Source of the DNA: an uncultured delta proteobacterium
GTDB lineage: Bacteria; Desulfobacterota; Binatia; Binatales; Binataceae
Direction: 5' to 3'
Assembly (NCBI GenBank): GCA_963711565.1
Contig: CAVQEQ010000004.1
Span: 512,001 to 576,000 of the forward strand
Length of the DNA: 64,000 nucleotides
A model generated the notes under the pieces. It saw nothing but the letters and a program-made list of their open reading frames with translations. It searched no databases and had not been told where the DNA came from. The position numbers and the translations under genes are program-made. Below are positions 9,616-19,594 of this stretch, piece after piece. Each line of letters starts with the position of its first letter. Position 1 is the first letter of the stretch.

Positions 9616-11799
9616 TTGTCGATGAGCGCAGCGGAGGGGGCATCGGACAGAGGCGATCGATCGCCGGCGTCGTTCATCCCTTGCGCGGCCGTCTGGCTCG
9701 GCCTCGCCGTGGTTACCGCTCTCGCAATCTACAAGCTGCGCAATTTCGATTACCCTCTGACTCCGCTGACCTGGATTCACGCGTGGCGCGCAATCTCGCC
9801 GGTGTTGCCGGATACGGCGTGGGCTGCCATCCGAGTCTGGACCTTCTGGGCGATTAGTTCGTGCGCGATCGCCGGCCTGCTGCGACGCTACGACTCCTCG
9901 ATCGAAGCCGGCGACGCTATTCTCGCGGGCGCGGCCGGTCTCTGGGTTCTCGCGTACGTTCTCGGCAACCTGGTCGGGCCGTTGGGGCTGATGAGGTCGT
10001 GGTTCGTCTGGCTGCTGCTGGCCGCGGCTGTCGCGCCGCAACTCCGCGATCTGCGAGCATTCAAATTCAATCCTCCGAGCAACGGTCAGAAGCTCGCCTT
10101 GATCGCGTGGGCTCTGCTGAGCGTCTCGCTGCTGCCGCTGCAACTCGGCTCGCCCGTGCCGCCCTTCATGGATGTGCTGAATCATCCCGCCGCCGTCCAG
10201 CGCATACTCACGTTCCATCGTTATCTGCCCTTCGACAACGATCCGTACGGTGCATACGGCGCTCGCGTGCAGGCCCCGGCGCTCGAACTGTTTTACGCCG
10301 TACTCGGGCTTGGCGCCGGATCCAAAATGGGCGCACTGGCCGAAACTGCCGCGATGGTGCCGATGGCGGGGCTGATGATCTTTTCCGCCTATCGCCTCGG
10401 GCGGACCTTCTTCGGCGACAGCGCTGGCGGGATGGCGTCGCTGTTCATGTTTTTCACCTGTCTCTTCCGGCGCGAGCAGGGGATGCGCGCGACCGCGGTA
10501 GTTTTCGTGCTGGTTGGTATAGGCCTCGCCTTCTTCCTCGATTCGCGGCGAAATCGCACCTTGTTTGCATGTGGCGCGATGGCGCTGGGAACTTCAGTTG
10601 CCGTGCACGCGATTGGCGGAGCACTGGCAATGTTCGTAGCCGCTTCGGCGGCTGTGTTCTGGTTGGCCTCGGGCGATTTTTCCCGTTCGTTAGCGGCGAT
10701 CATTTGCCTGGCAGGAGCCTTGATGCTGGCCGTTCCGGAATTGCTCATCGGCACCGAACAGAGTGTCAGTTACCCGATCCTGCCCGCGATTCAACTCGCC
10801 GGGATAGCCGTCATCCTTGCCGGCGCGACGCGCCTTCGCGCGCAAGCTCCCGCGGTATCTCTCGTCATCCCGGTTCTGAATGCCGTCGCGGTCATCGGAT
10901 TATTCGCGCTATTCATCTGCCGGCATTCGTTTCCCGGTCCTATCTTCGATCAGGTAATGCACAATTTGCCGATGCTATGGCTGTTCGCGGCACTTGGACT
11001 GATTGCGGCAGAAGTTCTCGGCTTCGTCGAAAAGGGCAGCATGCCCGACACTGGGATCATCGCCGTGGCGCTGATGGTCGGGTTCGCTGTGGAGATTGCC
11101 GGCAACTATCTCGCTCCCATTGCTACCGCGCCGGCCGAGCGCGACATGCTGGGGAATTTCTTCAGCAAGCTCATCGACTACTGGATCCCCTTCATCCTGA
11201 TCTTTCCCGCGGGACTCCTATTCGGGTTGCTCTACGATCGCATTTCCAGACCGCTGGCGTTCTTCGCCGTGCTCACGATTCTGATGTATCCTTGGACGCG
11301 GGCCGAGAATCCGCAGGACTATGACAGCGACGAGCACGCGATTTCCGAACAGTGGGCTTTCAACCTTAACCGCGCCGAAGCCGGTTACTGGGCGGGAACC
11401 CACGATCACCGCTGGACTTTGGGCGATGATGGGTTCGCGCTGGTAAAGCTGCTGCTAACTGAGGTGAGCGCCGGCCGAATTACCCCCGCCACGCATATCC
11501 TTCACCTGACTGACACCACCTCCGCTTGGGGCCTGGAGCAAGTCGCGATCTTTACCGGCATCGACGATGATCCTATCGATTTCGGATACGATCCAAATAA
11601 TCTCTTTCAAGCAGGTAGCAGGATACACGGACCTGATGACTTGCCTGCCGCCTTGTCGCGGCACCCATCCTATATCCTCGAACAATGTCCCGCTCCGGGC
11701 TGGATGGGCGATCCACCTTCCGGTTACTATAAGATATTCGACCGGGGAGACCTTCGGCTATATCGAAGGGCCGACGTGGTGAAGAATGCGATCAACTAG
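9616..11799 (+). CDS. large polytopic membrane protein, putative GT-C glycosyltransferase
   Basis: Many hydrophobic segments, Asp-containing first external loop (YLPFDNDPYG), soluble C-terminus; paralog of 13005-15275. Confidence 0.6.
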   Translation: MSMSAAEGASDRGDRSPASFIPCAAVWLGLAVVTALAIYKLRNFDYPLTPLTWIHAWRAISPVLPDTAWAAIRVWTFWAISSCAIAGLLRRYDSSIEAGDAILAGAAGLWVLAYVLGNLVGPLGLMRSWFVWLLLAAAVAPQLRDLRAFKFNPPSNGQKLALIAWALLSVSLLPLQLGSPVPPFMDVLNHPAAVQRILTFHRYLPFDNDPYGAYGARVQAPALELFYAVLGLGAGSKMGALAETAAMVPMAGLMIFSAYRLGRTFFGDSAGGMASLFMFFTCLFRREQGMRATAVVFVLVGIGLAFFLDSRRNRTLFACGAMALGTSVAVHAIGGALAMFVAASAAVFWLASGDFSRSLAAIICLAGALMLAVPELLIGTEQSVSYPILPAIQLAGIAVILAGATRLRAQAPAVSLVIPVLNAVAVIGLFALFICRHSFPGPIFDQVMHNLPMLWLFAALGLIAAEVLGFVEKGSMPDTGIIAVALMVGFAVEIAGNYLAPIATAPAERDMLGNFFSKLIDYWIPFILIFPAGLLFGLLYDRISRPLAFFAVLTILMYPWTRAENPQDYDSDEHAISEQWAFNLNRAEAGYWAGTHDHRWTLGDDGFALVKLLLTEVSAGRITPATHILHLTDTTSAWGLEQVAIFTGIDDDPIDFGYDPNNLFQAGSRIHGPDDLPAALSRHPSYILEQCPAPGWMGDPPSGYYKIFDRGDLRLYRRADVVKNAIN

Positions 11800-11855
11800 C
11801 GAGAGCTACGATGAGAATTTCTACGCATATTAACTAAAGGTTTCAGGTAAGCGAC

Positions 11856-12992
11856 ATGATAATGAAACTACGAAAGCCTGAGACCCTGGTATTTCTCCTG
11901 GCCCTGATTTTCTACGCGGCGACGATGTTCCCGGAAAGTCCTTACAATGAGCAGGTTAGACAGGCCTATGCATTTCTTCATGGTCATGTCCAAATAGATG
12001 CGCCAAACTCATTTCTCGAACATGCCCAGGTCGGACCTTATAGCTATGCACTCCATCCACCGCTAGCACCGATCCTGCTGATGCCATTTGTCGCAATCTG
12101 GGGAATGAGTACGAACCAGACGATGTGCTCAGTCCTGATCGCGGCGGTTGGAGTAATGCTTGCTTGGACTTTATTCAAGCGGCTTGAGTTGCCGACCGAG
12201 CAGTGCGTCTGGCTCACAGTCTTTTTCGGCATAGGTACGATTTTCTGGTACGAGGGCACGATTGGCACAACTTGGGCCTTGCCGATAGTCACGTGCGCGG
12301 TGTTTCTCCTGGCGATGCTTATAGAGTTATTCGGCGCAAATCGGCCGCTATGGATTGGCATCTGGGGCGCGCTCGCATGTCTCGCACGCTATGATGCGGC
12401 ACTGGCTATGCCGGTGATCGCGCTGCTGTCAATGCGTAAAGAGCGGACGATAAGTGAGATGCTATGGATAGCTCCGGCGTTTCTGGTGGTTGGCGTATTC
12501 TTCGTCTGGCTCAACGAAGTGCGTTACAACAACTTCTTCGATCAAGGACTTGAATACATTCCCAACGTTGCCCATGGCCACTGGTCGGGCGTCCAGTATC
12601 TGCCCGGGAACCTCTACACCTTACTGTTCATGGCGCCGAAGGTGGACGGCACTTTCCCATATCTGCATCCGTCGTTCGCCGGCCAGGCCTTGACCTTGAC
12701 GAGTCCCGCCTTTGTGCTGGCACTAAGACCGAGTTTCAAGCGGCTGGAAGTCTCCGCGATGGGCCTTTGCGCGGTGCTTATTTCGATCCCGTCCCTGGTA
12801 CACTCGACCAACGGCTTCGCGCAATTCGGCGCGCGGTTTTACATTCAGGCCTATCCCTTCCTGCTGGTAATGCTGGCGATGGGTATGCCGCGGAAGACAG
12901 ATCAGCTTACGAAGATTCTGATCGTGGTGTCTGTGATTCTCGTCGCATTTGGAGTTTGGCATGTCCATGAATGGGGCTTAGCCGGACCATAG
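11856..12992 (+). CDS. polytopic membrane protein, putative GT-C glycosyltransferase
   Basis: QAYAFLHG, HPPLAPILLMPF, LARY, FGARF patterns typical of PMT-like membrane GTs; visibly lower GC. Confidence 0.6.
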   Translation: MIMKLRKPETLVFLLALIFYAATMFPESPYNEQVRQAYAFLHGHVQIDAPNSFLEHAQVGPYSYALHPPLAPILLMPFVAIWGMSTNQTMCSVLIAAVGVMLAWTLFKRLELPTEQCVWLTVFFGIGTIFWYEGTIGTTWALPIVTCAVFLLAMLIELFGANRPLWIGIWGALACLARYDAALAMPVIALLSMRKERTISEMLWIAPAFLVVGVFFVWLNEVRYNNFFDQGLEYIPNVAHGHWSGVQYLPGNLYTLLFMAPKVDGTFPYLHPSFAGQALTLTSPAFVLALRPSFKRLEVSAMGLCAVLISIPSLVHSTNGFAQFGARFYIQAYPFLLVMLAMGMPRKTDQLTKILIVVSVILVAFGVWHVHEWGLAGP

Positions 12993-13004
12993 CAGGATCG
13001 ACGA

Positions 13005-15275
13005 TCAGGATCGCAGCATAGGTCGGATGCGCTTAATTAAAATCGCCGCGCCAATGCCTATAAGGAACGCGACGCTCAGCGCGATCCAGTTCGGGAAAGT
13101 CGAGCGGACTGGATGACCGGCGGGCAGGCCGCTACGGCGGTAAAGGATGAAGCCGTCCTGATCTAGCAACTTCTCGTAACCTGGCGGTGGAATCTTGATC
13201 CCAGCGGGCGCGGCCGCCTGCGTCACAATGTAAGCGGGACGCGCCGCGAGCGCATCGGCGAGCCGCCCTATCGGCCTTGCCCGCCCGCCGCGCAGTACAG
13301 GTTCCCAGTTAGCGGCCGTCGGCTTGTAGGTCACGGTGTCGTCGTTGATTCCGGTGAAAACTGAAAAGCGCGAAGTGTGCCCAAAGACCAGCAGCTCCGG
13401 CGCAAGGTGTAGGATGTGGGTTGACGCGTTGATCCGGCCCGCTGCGATCTCGCGATAAAGGAGATGGATCAACTGCCGCTCGGCGGGACCGAGCGTCCAC
13501 CGGTTGTCAGAGGTGAGACCCCAGTAGCCCTCGGACAGCGTCGAGTAGTCGATCATCCAGTTTATGGGAATCGAATGCTCGTTGTAGTCGTAATCGATCC
13601 CCGGCGCATGCGGGGGTGAATAGAGCAGCATCGCGAACATTGCCACCAGAACGATCGACGGCGACAGGTACTCAAAGAGCGTCGCGAAGAAGCCCGCGGC
13701 CGGAAAGACCAGGAAAAACGGCAGCCAGTATTCCGCAATTTTGCGCTCGAGGTCGTAGGTCTCGAAACTGTCCGCGGGTTGCCTGGCGATCAGCGCGATC
13801 AGCCATCCGAAATGGTCGGTCACCAACGCCGGCGCAACCGCCGCGCCGATTACAAACATAGTCACCACGCCGGCGGGTCTCAGGCCAACAAGGATCGCGA
13901 GGACGCCGGCCAGCGCGGAGAGCGAGAGGAAGGGAAAGTTGTGCCAAATCTCGGTGTAGATCATCGCCCCCGGCCGCTCCACAAGGTCGTAGAGAATTGC
14001 GGCTGTCACGGCTGTGAGAAAAAAGCGGCCGATAAGTGGTGGCCACGATTTTGCGGAGAAACTGGATTCATTCACCGATGGGTCAAGCAAGCTGACGCCG
14101 AAGATGATCACTACGATTCCCACCAGTTCGAGAAGGATCAGCTCAGCGCCGGGCACGACAAATTGAGTCGCGATCGCGAAGTAGGGGAGCCCGATCAAGA
14201 TCGATCCGCTCAGACATATCGTTCCTGCCAAAGCTCGCCTGAAATCTCCCTCGATCAGAAAAGCCACGACGGCTGCCATCGCAACCGCGATCCCGAAAGA
14301 GCCGTTGACGGCATGCGAGGGGATCGCCGTCCCTAGCATCAGCGCGCCCATCGCCATCAACACCCGGCTGCGCCGAGGAGCGAGAAAAAACGCAAGTCCG
14401 ATTACTACCAGCGCGAGATCGACGGCGGACCCGCGCATACTGATCATCCGCCGAAATATCGTGGTCAGAAATAGCAGCAGCGCGGCCGCACCGCCGGCAC
14501 CGTCGTTGAACAAGGCTGCGCCCCATCGATACGCGGCGACGATTATTAATGCCGCCATCGGTACCATCGCCGCCGTCTCAGCCATCACGCCGAGGTGAAT
14601 ATTCGATCCCAGTCCCAGTATCGCATAGAACAGCTCGACGCCCGGCGTCTGCACCGGCGGCGGCCACCATCCGTATGGGTCGTTGTCAAACGGCAGGTAC
14701 ACATGGAAGGTCAGCACCTTCTGCACCGATGCGGGCCAGCACAGCGCGTCCATCCAGGGGACGACCGGCGATGTGAGTTGCAGCGGCAGCAACGAGAAGC
14801 TGGCGAGCGCGATTGCCAGAATCACCAGGCCCACGCCGAATCCGGGCCGACGGATCTCGCGAATCGGGACCGCGCGGAACAACAAGACTGTCGCGAAGCC
14901 CATCAACAGCCATACTGTCGTGCCGCGAAACAGTCCGATCGGCCCGAGGATACTGCCCATCAGATAGCCAAGCACCCAGATTCCGGCCGCACCCGCAAGG
15001 CAGGCGTCGAACGCGTCGAGTTGCGGTTCGATCTTGCGCAGAATAGCGGCGATCAGCAGGCCGGACCACGCCCAGAACGTCCAGAGCTTTATCGCCTCGC
15101 GACCGGTCAGTGGGGAGAGTTGCACGAGCGCGTGCACAGCCGAGCGGAAATCATGCGGCCACGGGAAATCGCGAAGATGATACAGTGCGATCGCTCCGCC
15201 TGCGATTGCGCAAATCCAGGCGACCGCTATGGGTGCCTGCCGGAACGATCGAATCAGCCGTCCTGCGATCATCAC
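13005..15275 (-). CDS. large polytopic membrane protein, putative GT-C glycosyltransferase
   Basis: Shares LLPLQL.SP, YLPFDNDPYG, AETAAMVPMA, THILHL, FTGI.DD with 9616-11799. Confidence 0.6.
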   Translation of the reverse strand: MMIAGRLIRSFRQAPIAVAWICAIAGGAIALYHLRDFPWPHDFRSAVHALVQLSPLTGREAIKLWTFWAWSGLLIAAILRKIEPQLDAFDACLAGAAGIWVLGYLMGSILGPIGLFRGTTVWLLMGFATVLLFRAVPIREIRRPGFGVGLVILAIALASFSLLPLQLTSPVVPWMDALCWPASVQKVLTFHVYLPFDNDPYGWWPPPVQTPGVELFYAILGLGSNIHLGVMAETAAMVPMAALIIVAAYRWGAALFNDGAGGAAALLLFLTTIFRRMISMRGSAVDLALVVIGLAFFLAPRRSRVLMAMGALMLGTAIPSHAVNGSFGIAVAMAAVVAFLIEGDFRRALAGTICLSGSILIGLPYFAIATQFVVPGAELILLELVGIVVIIFGVSLLDPSVNESSFSAKSWPPLIGRFFLTAVTAAILYDLVERPGAMIYTEIWHNFPFLSLSALAGVLAILVGLRPAGVVTMFVIGAAVAPALVTDHFGWLIALIARQPADSFETYDLERKIAEYWLPFFLVFPAAGFFATLFEYLSPSIVLVAMFAMLLYSPPHAPGIDYDYNEHSIPINWMIDYSTLSEGYWGLTSDNRWTLGPAERQLIHLLYREIAAGRINASTHILHLAPELLVFGHTSRFSVFTGINDDTVTYKPTAANWEPVLRGGRARPIGRLADALAARPAYIVTQAAAPAGIKIPPPGYEKLLDQDGFILYRRSGLPAGHPVRSTFPNWIALSVAFLIGIGAAILIKRIRPMLRS

Positions 15276-15363
15276 CGCACGTAACGCCGTACGTTAAATT
15301 TCATCGACGGGTCCTTGGCCTCGTGCCGACGTTGCACGTACTCTGTATCCGAAATCGCGACTG

Positions 15364-16026
15364 ATGGCATCACGGGAGTACAGCGGCTCGGACGGTGACA
15401 GTACGTTAACGCGGGACATTGTGCTCGCGTTGACCGCAGGTTTTCTTACGGGCGCGCTGGCGATCCCGATCGTGATCAACGTCGGGCTGGGAACCATGCT
15501 CAGGGTCCCGCTGTTTCTGTTGCCGCTGATCGCCGCCGCGCTATTCGTGATCGCTTTGATGGTGGCGAGCGTGGTCGCCGGCCGCGCTCCGTCGTTGTTC
15601 GAATTTACCAAGTTTGCGATGACGGGAGTTCTGAACGCCGGCGTCGATTTCGGCGGCCTCAATTCCCTGATGCTGTTGACCGGAATCGCGTCTGGCCGTG
15701 GCTTCATCGCCTTCAAATCGATTTCGGTGACGCTGGGCGTGATCAACAGCTACGTCTGGAACAAGTACTGGACGTTCGACGCGGCGAAATCTTCGGGGGC
15801 GCGGCGCGAGCTGATTTCGTTCATGGTGGTGACGCTGATCGCAGTCGCGGTCAACGTCGCCGGCGCCGACGTGATCGTGAACATTATCGGCGCCCCTGCC
15901 GGCGTCAGCACCAAACTGTGGGCCAACGTCGGCGCGATTTCCGGCGCCGGCCTGACCCTCTTCACGAACTTCTTTGGCTACAAGTTTTTCGTCTTCAGAA
16001 AACTGTCGGTGCTTACAAGCGGCTAG
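15364..16026 (+). CDS. GtrA family lipid-linked sugar flippase
   Basis: KFAMTGVLN, NSYVWNKYWTF, NFFGYKFFVF GtrA motifs. Confidence 0.88.
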   Translation: MASREYSGSDGDSTLTRDIVLALTAGFLTGALAIPIVINVGLGTMLRVPLFLLPLIAAALFVIALMVASVVAGRAPSLFEFTKFAMTGVLNAGVDFGGLNSLMLLTGIASGRGFIAFKSISVTLGVINSYVWNKYWTFDAAKSSGARRELISFMVVTLIAVAVNVAGADVIVNIIGAPAGVSTKLWANVGAISGAGLTLFTNFFGYKFFVFRKLSVLTSG

Positions 16027-16223
16027 GTTCCGCGCGCAGCTCGCCGGTTCGTTTTAATACTGGGTGCAGGGGTCACCCCTGCTAGTACTGGGTGCAGGGG
16101 TCACCCCTGCTCACCCCTGCCTCTTACGGTGCCGCGCTCAATCGGGCAAGCTGGAAGAAGCCGCGCCCCGGAGTGGGAGTGGCGCCGACTTCGCGACCGA
16201 TGGATTCTCGATCCATGGGATAA
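15991..16223 (+). repeat. imperfect direct repeat, copy 1 (gtrA 3' end + family A repeats + decayed dedA 5' region)
   Basis: Aligns with 16923-17120; contains tandem TACTGGGTGCAGGGGTCACCCCTGC copies at 16058-16120. Confidence 0.85.
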
Positions 16224-16244
16224 TCTCGCTAGGAGAATCGATTT

Positions 16245-16823
16245 ATGAACAATCTCGACTCGATGTTAGAACGCAACAAAGACTTTGCTGCTCAGCAGTC
16301 TGCTGCAGGCACACTTATGCCCTCTCTTCCGCAGGCGCTGCCAAATGTAAAGGCAATCATCATCGGTTGCGCAGATATGCGCGTAGATCCTTCTCATGTA
16401 CTTGGGATCAAACCGGGCGAGGCTGTCGTGATGCGTAACATCGGCGGTCGAATCACCCCGGGGCTGTTGGAGCAGTTGGGTCTACTCGGACGAATCGGTC
16501 AGGTTGCCGGAGCGATTCCTGGAGGCGGCGGTGAGTTCCACCTCATAGTACTTCAGCACACCGATTGCGGCATGACGCGCCTCGCCAACGACCCAGCCCT
16601 GTTGACGCGCTATTTTCAAATACAGGACGAGGAACTCAAGACCAAAGCGGTCTCCGATCCTCGCGCGGCGGTCGCCGTGGACGTTGCTTTGCTCCGGGCG
16701 ATTCCTGCATTGCCGGGCGAGTGGCTTATTTCCGGCCTCGTCTACAACGTCGCGACCGGACTTGTAACGATCGTCGTACCGCCAGCGCCGATTTCTGCAA
16801 GTGACACCGGCTTTCGCCGGTGA
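16245..16823 (+). CDS. beta-class carbonic anhydrase
   Basis: CADMR and HTDCG Zn ligands, RNIGGR; AGGAG RBS. Confidence 0.88.
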   Translation: MNNLDSMLERNKDFAAQQSAAGTLMPSLPQALPNVKAIIIGCADMRVDPSHVLGIKPGEAVVMRNIGGRITPGLLEQLGLLGRIGQVAGAIPGGGGEFHLIVLQHTDCGMTRLANDPALLTRYFQIQDEELKTKAVSDPRAAVAVDVALLRAIPALPGEWLISGLVYNVATGLVTIVVPPAPISASDTGFRR

Positions 16824-16860
16824 TTTCTGATTGTCGATCTTCTCCAGTGGAGATCCAGAA

Positions 16861-16924
16861 ACGCAATCGCGAACACCGCAGCGCCGGTCGGTGGCAACAG
16901 AAATAGCGGCACCCTGAGCACGGT
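16861..16924 (-). pseudogene. inverted fragment of a gtrA copy
   Basis: Minus strand encodes TVLRVPLFLLPPTGAAVFAIA vs gtrA TMLRVPLFLLPLIAAALFVIA (15493-15556). Confidence 0.75.
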
Positions 16925-17120
16925 CTTCAGAAAACTGTCGGTGGTCACAGGCGGCTAGGTTCCGTGCGCAGTTCGCCCGTCCGTTTTAAATACTGGGTGC
17001 AGGGGGTCACCCCTGCCTCTTACGGAGCCACGCTCAATCGGGCAAGCTAGGACAGGCCGCGCCCGGGGGTGGAACTGACGCCAACGTCGCGACCAACGGA
17101 TTCTTCAATGCATGGGATAA
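16923..17120 (+). repeat. imperfect direct repeat, copy 2
   Basis: GTCTTCAGAAAACTGTCGGTG...CGCTCAATCGGGCAAGCT...CATGGGATAA matches copy 1. Confidence 0.85.
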
Positions 17121-17737
17121 CCGACCCTGCGCATATCGCGGACCTGCTCGCGACGTGGGGCTATCTCGGCATTTTCGTCGCCGTCTTCGCCGGCAACCTC
17201 GGCGTGCCCGTGCCCGAGGAAACCGTGATGCTCGCCGCAGGGTTCCTGGCCGCGCAAGTGCTGCTCGATCTGCGACTCGTGTATGTCGTCGTAATCTTCA
17301 GCGCCGTCACCGGCGACTGCTGCGGCTACCTCATCGGCCGCACCGGTGGACAGCGCGTGCTCGAGCGCCTCGCCACGACCTTCCCCTTCATGCGCACGCG
17401 CTACCAACGCCTCCAGCTTTTCTTTCAGACCCACGGCAGCAAGGCGGTCTTCATGGCGCGATTCATCACCGGCGTCCGCTTCATGGCCGGCCCGATGGCG
17501 GGTGCGTGCGGGATGCCGTTCTTCCAGTTCCTCGGATGGAACGTGCTCGGCGCGTTGATATGGTGCTCGCTGGTGGTGACCGTCGGCTACCTGGTGGGCG
17601 ACGAATTGTATCCCGCGCTGGCGATGGCGCATCAGATTTCGCGATGGATTGGCGTGGCCGGACTCGTCCTGGTGCTGGCGATCCTGGTCTTCTGGTGGAG
17701 GGATCGGCATCCTGCAGTGTCGCGGCCTCAACCGTAG
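17108..17737 (+). CDS. DedA family membrane protein
   Basis: GVPVPEE, GDCCGYLIGR, ARFITGVR motifs. Confidence 0.9.
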   Translation: MHGITDPAHIADLLATWGYLGIFVAVFAGNLGVPVPEETVMLAAGFLAAQVLLDLRLVYVVVIFSAVTGDCCGYLIGRTGGQRVLERLATTFPFMRTRYQRLQLFFQTHGSKAVFMARFITGVRFMAGPMAGACGMPFFQFLGWNVLGALIWCSLVVTVGYLVGDELYPALAMAHQISRWIGVAGLVLVLAILVFWWRDRHPAVSRPQP

Positions 17738-17762
17738 CCGCGTTCGCGGCTGCGTCGCCGTC

Positions 17763-18446
17763 ATGGCGCTTGCGCTCGCGCTGACCGGATGCAAGCCGCG
17801 CGCGGGTATCGACCTTCACTATCTTCCGGACTTCGTGGCAGGGTCGCAAAGTATTTTTCGTCCCGCGAAAATCGCCGTGCCTCCCACCACCGGAAATATC
17901 GCCGATGATTTCGAGGCCGGTAAGATCTATGCCGCCGACGGCACCGCGCAGACCCCGCTCGTCGTCGCCGATGCGCTCCACATTTTCACCAATGGCTTGA
18001 TCAAGGGACTGGCGGACGCCGGACTGGTGCCGGTCGTGCTCGACTCGAATCCGGACGACGGCAAGCCGCCCGAGGGCTCAGATTTTATTCTCACTTCGGA
18101 CTTGGAACAGCTCGAAGTGAACAAGCGTTTCAGCGCGGAGCAGACCATACACGGCCAGTACTTCACAATGAGAGCGGTGGTGCGCGTGAAGTACCAGCTC
18201 AAGAATCGCGAAGGCGCGATGCTTTACTCCGACGAGGTCACGGGCATCGAAAGTGAGCCGCCGAATCCGGTCGGCGCCGAGGTCTTTCTGCCGCTCGAGA
18301 CGGATCCCGCCGAGTCCTTATCTGTGGCACTCTCTCGCGCCGTCGGCCTGCTCATGCTGCAACCCAACTTTCGCGACGCCCTGCCGATGCGCGCCGTCGC
18401 GCCGACTCTGTTGCCGACGCCGACTCCCCAATCGCCGCATCCGTAG
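17763..18446 (+). CDS. putative lipoprotein (weakly YajG-like)
   Basis: Lipobox LTG-C after hydrophobic stretch; true start may lie slightly upstream. Confidence 0.55.
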   Translation: MALALALTGCKPRAGIDLHYLPDFVAGSQSIFRPAKIAVPPTTGNIADDFEAGKIYAADGTAQTPLVVADALHIFTNGLIKGLADAGLVPVVLDSNPDDGKPPEGSDFILTSDLEQLEVNKRFSAEQTIHGQYFTMRAVVRVKYQLKNREGAMLYSDEVTGIESEPPNPVGAEVFLPLETDPAESLSVALSRAVGLLMLQPNFRDALPMRAVAPTLLPTPTPQSPHP

Positions 18447-18533
18447 AAATGTCCGCCGCGTAGCCGCGAATGGCAGTAACTGTGGCAGCTAGACTATTGC
18501 TGCCAACTCGGATGCGCGCGATAATCCCGTCGC

Positions 18534-19577
18534 ATGAAGCAGAAATCGAAGAGAAGGGGGAGCGAAATAGAGAATATATCGCCGAACTCGCGCACCCGCC
18601 GAATCGTGATGGTCGCGTTTCCCGACGCGCAGATCATCGACATCACCGGTCCGCTCGAAGTGTTCGGACGCGCCGCGCGATTGCTCACCGAAGAACGCGG
18701 CTGGCACGTCCCCGCATACACGGTTGAGATTGCGGCGACGAAGGCTGGCGCGCTCACGACTTCGTCGGGCATTCGGGTGATCGCGGACCGCTCAATCGCT
18801 CAGGTGCGCGGGCCGATCGACACGATCCTCGTCGCGGGTGGCCGCGGAACTACCACCGCGCTGCGCGACCGTGCGATGATCGAATGGCTTCGCGGCAGCA
18901 TGCGCCGCACGCGCCGCATCTGCTCGGTATGCACCGGAGCATTCTTGCTCGCGGAGGCAGGGCTGCTCGACGGATTGTCGGCGACGACGCATTGGCGGCA
19001 ATGCGATCGGCTCGCGGCGAATTATCCGGCGGTGTCGGTCGAGACCGATCCGATCTTTGTGCGCGCCGGCAAAATATTCACCTCGGCCGGTGTGACTGCG
19101 GGAATCGATCTGGCGCTGGCTCTGCTCGAGGACGACCACGGCCGCGACGTTGCTCTTGCGGTGGCGCGCGAACTCGTCATGTTCCTGCGGCGTCCCGGCG
19201 GGCAATCGCAGTTTTCTGTTCAACTCAGCACGCAGCAGGCGGATCGCGAGCCGATCCGCGACTTGCAGCGATGGGTCGCCGATCACCTCGGCGCCGACCT
19301 CTCGGTTGAAGCGCTGGCGCGCCGCGCTGCGATGAGCCCACGCAACTTCGCGCGAGTGTTCATCCGCGAAGTCGGCGTGACGCCGGGGACGTACGTCGAG
19401 AACTTGCGCGTCGAAGCGGCGCGCCGCCGGCTCGAAGAATCCGTCGACGGCGTCGATTGGATCGCGTCGGCGTGCGGCTTTGGCACACGCGAATCGATGC
19501 GCCGCGCGTTTATCCGCACGCTGCACGTGCCGCCGAGCGCGTATCGCAGCCGCTTTAATCAAAAACTGAGCGCCTGA
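18534..19577 (+). CDS. GlxA family regulator (DJ-1/PfpI + AraC HTH)
   Basis: SVCTGAF, TSAGVTAGIDL, RRPGGQSQFS, C-terminal AraC double HTH; start uncertain. Confidence 0.93.
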   Translation: MKQKSKRRGSEIENISPNSRTRRIVMVAFPDAQIIDITGPLEVFGRAARLLTEERGWHVPAYTVEIAATKAGALTTSSGIRVIADRSIAQVRGPIDTILVAGGRGTTTALRDRAMIEWLRGSMRRTRRICSVCTGAFLLAEAGLLDGLSATTHWRQCDRLAANYPAVSVETDPIFVRAGKIFTSAGVTAGIDLALALLEDDHGRDVALAVARELVMFLRRPGGQSQFSVQLSTQQADREPIRDLQRWVADHLGADLSVEALARRAAMSPRNFARVFIREVGVTPGTYVENLRVEAARRRLEESVDGVDWIASACGFGTRESMRRAFIRTLHVPPSAYRSRFNQKLSA

Positions 19578-19594
19578 CCTGTAAGGAGAACGCC

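Noticed and set aside
16058-16120. Tandem 25-bp palindromic repeats as a CRISPR array
   Set aside because: Only 2-3 copies, no unique spacers, no cas genes; same motif is dispersed intergenically
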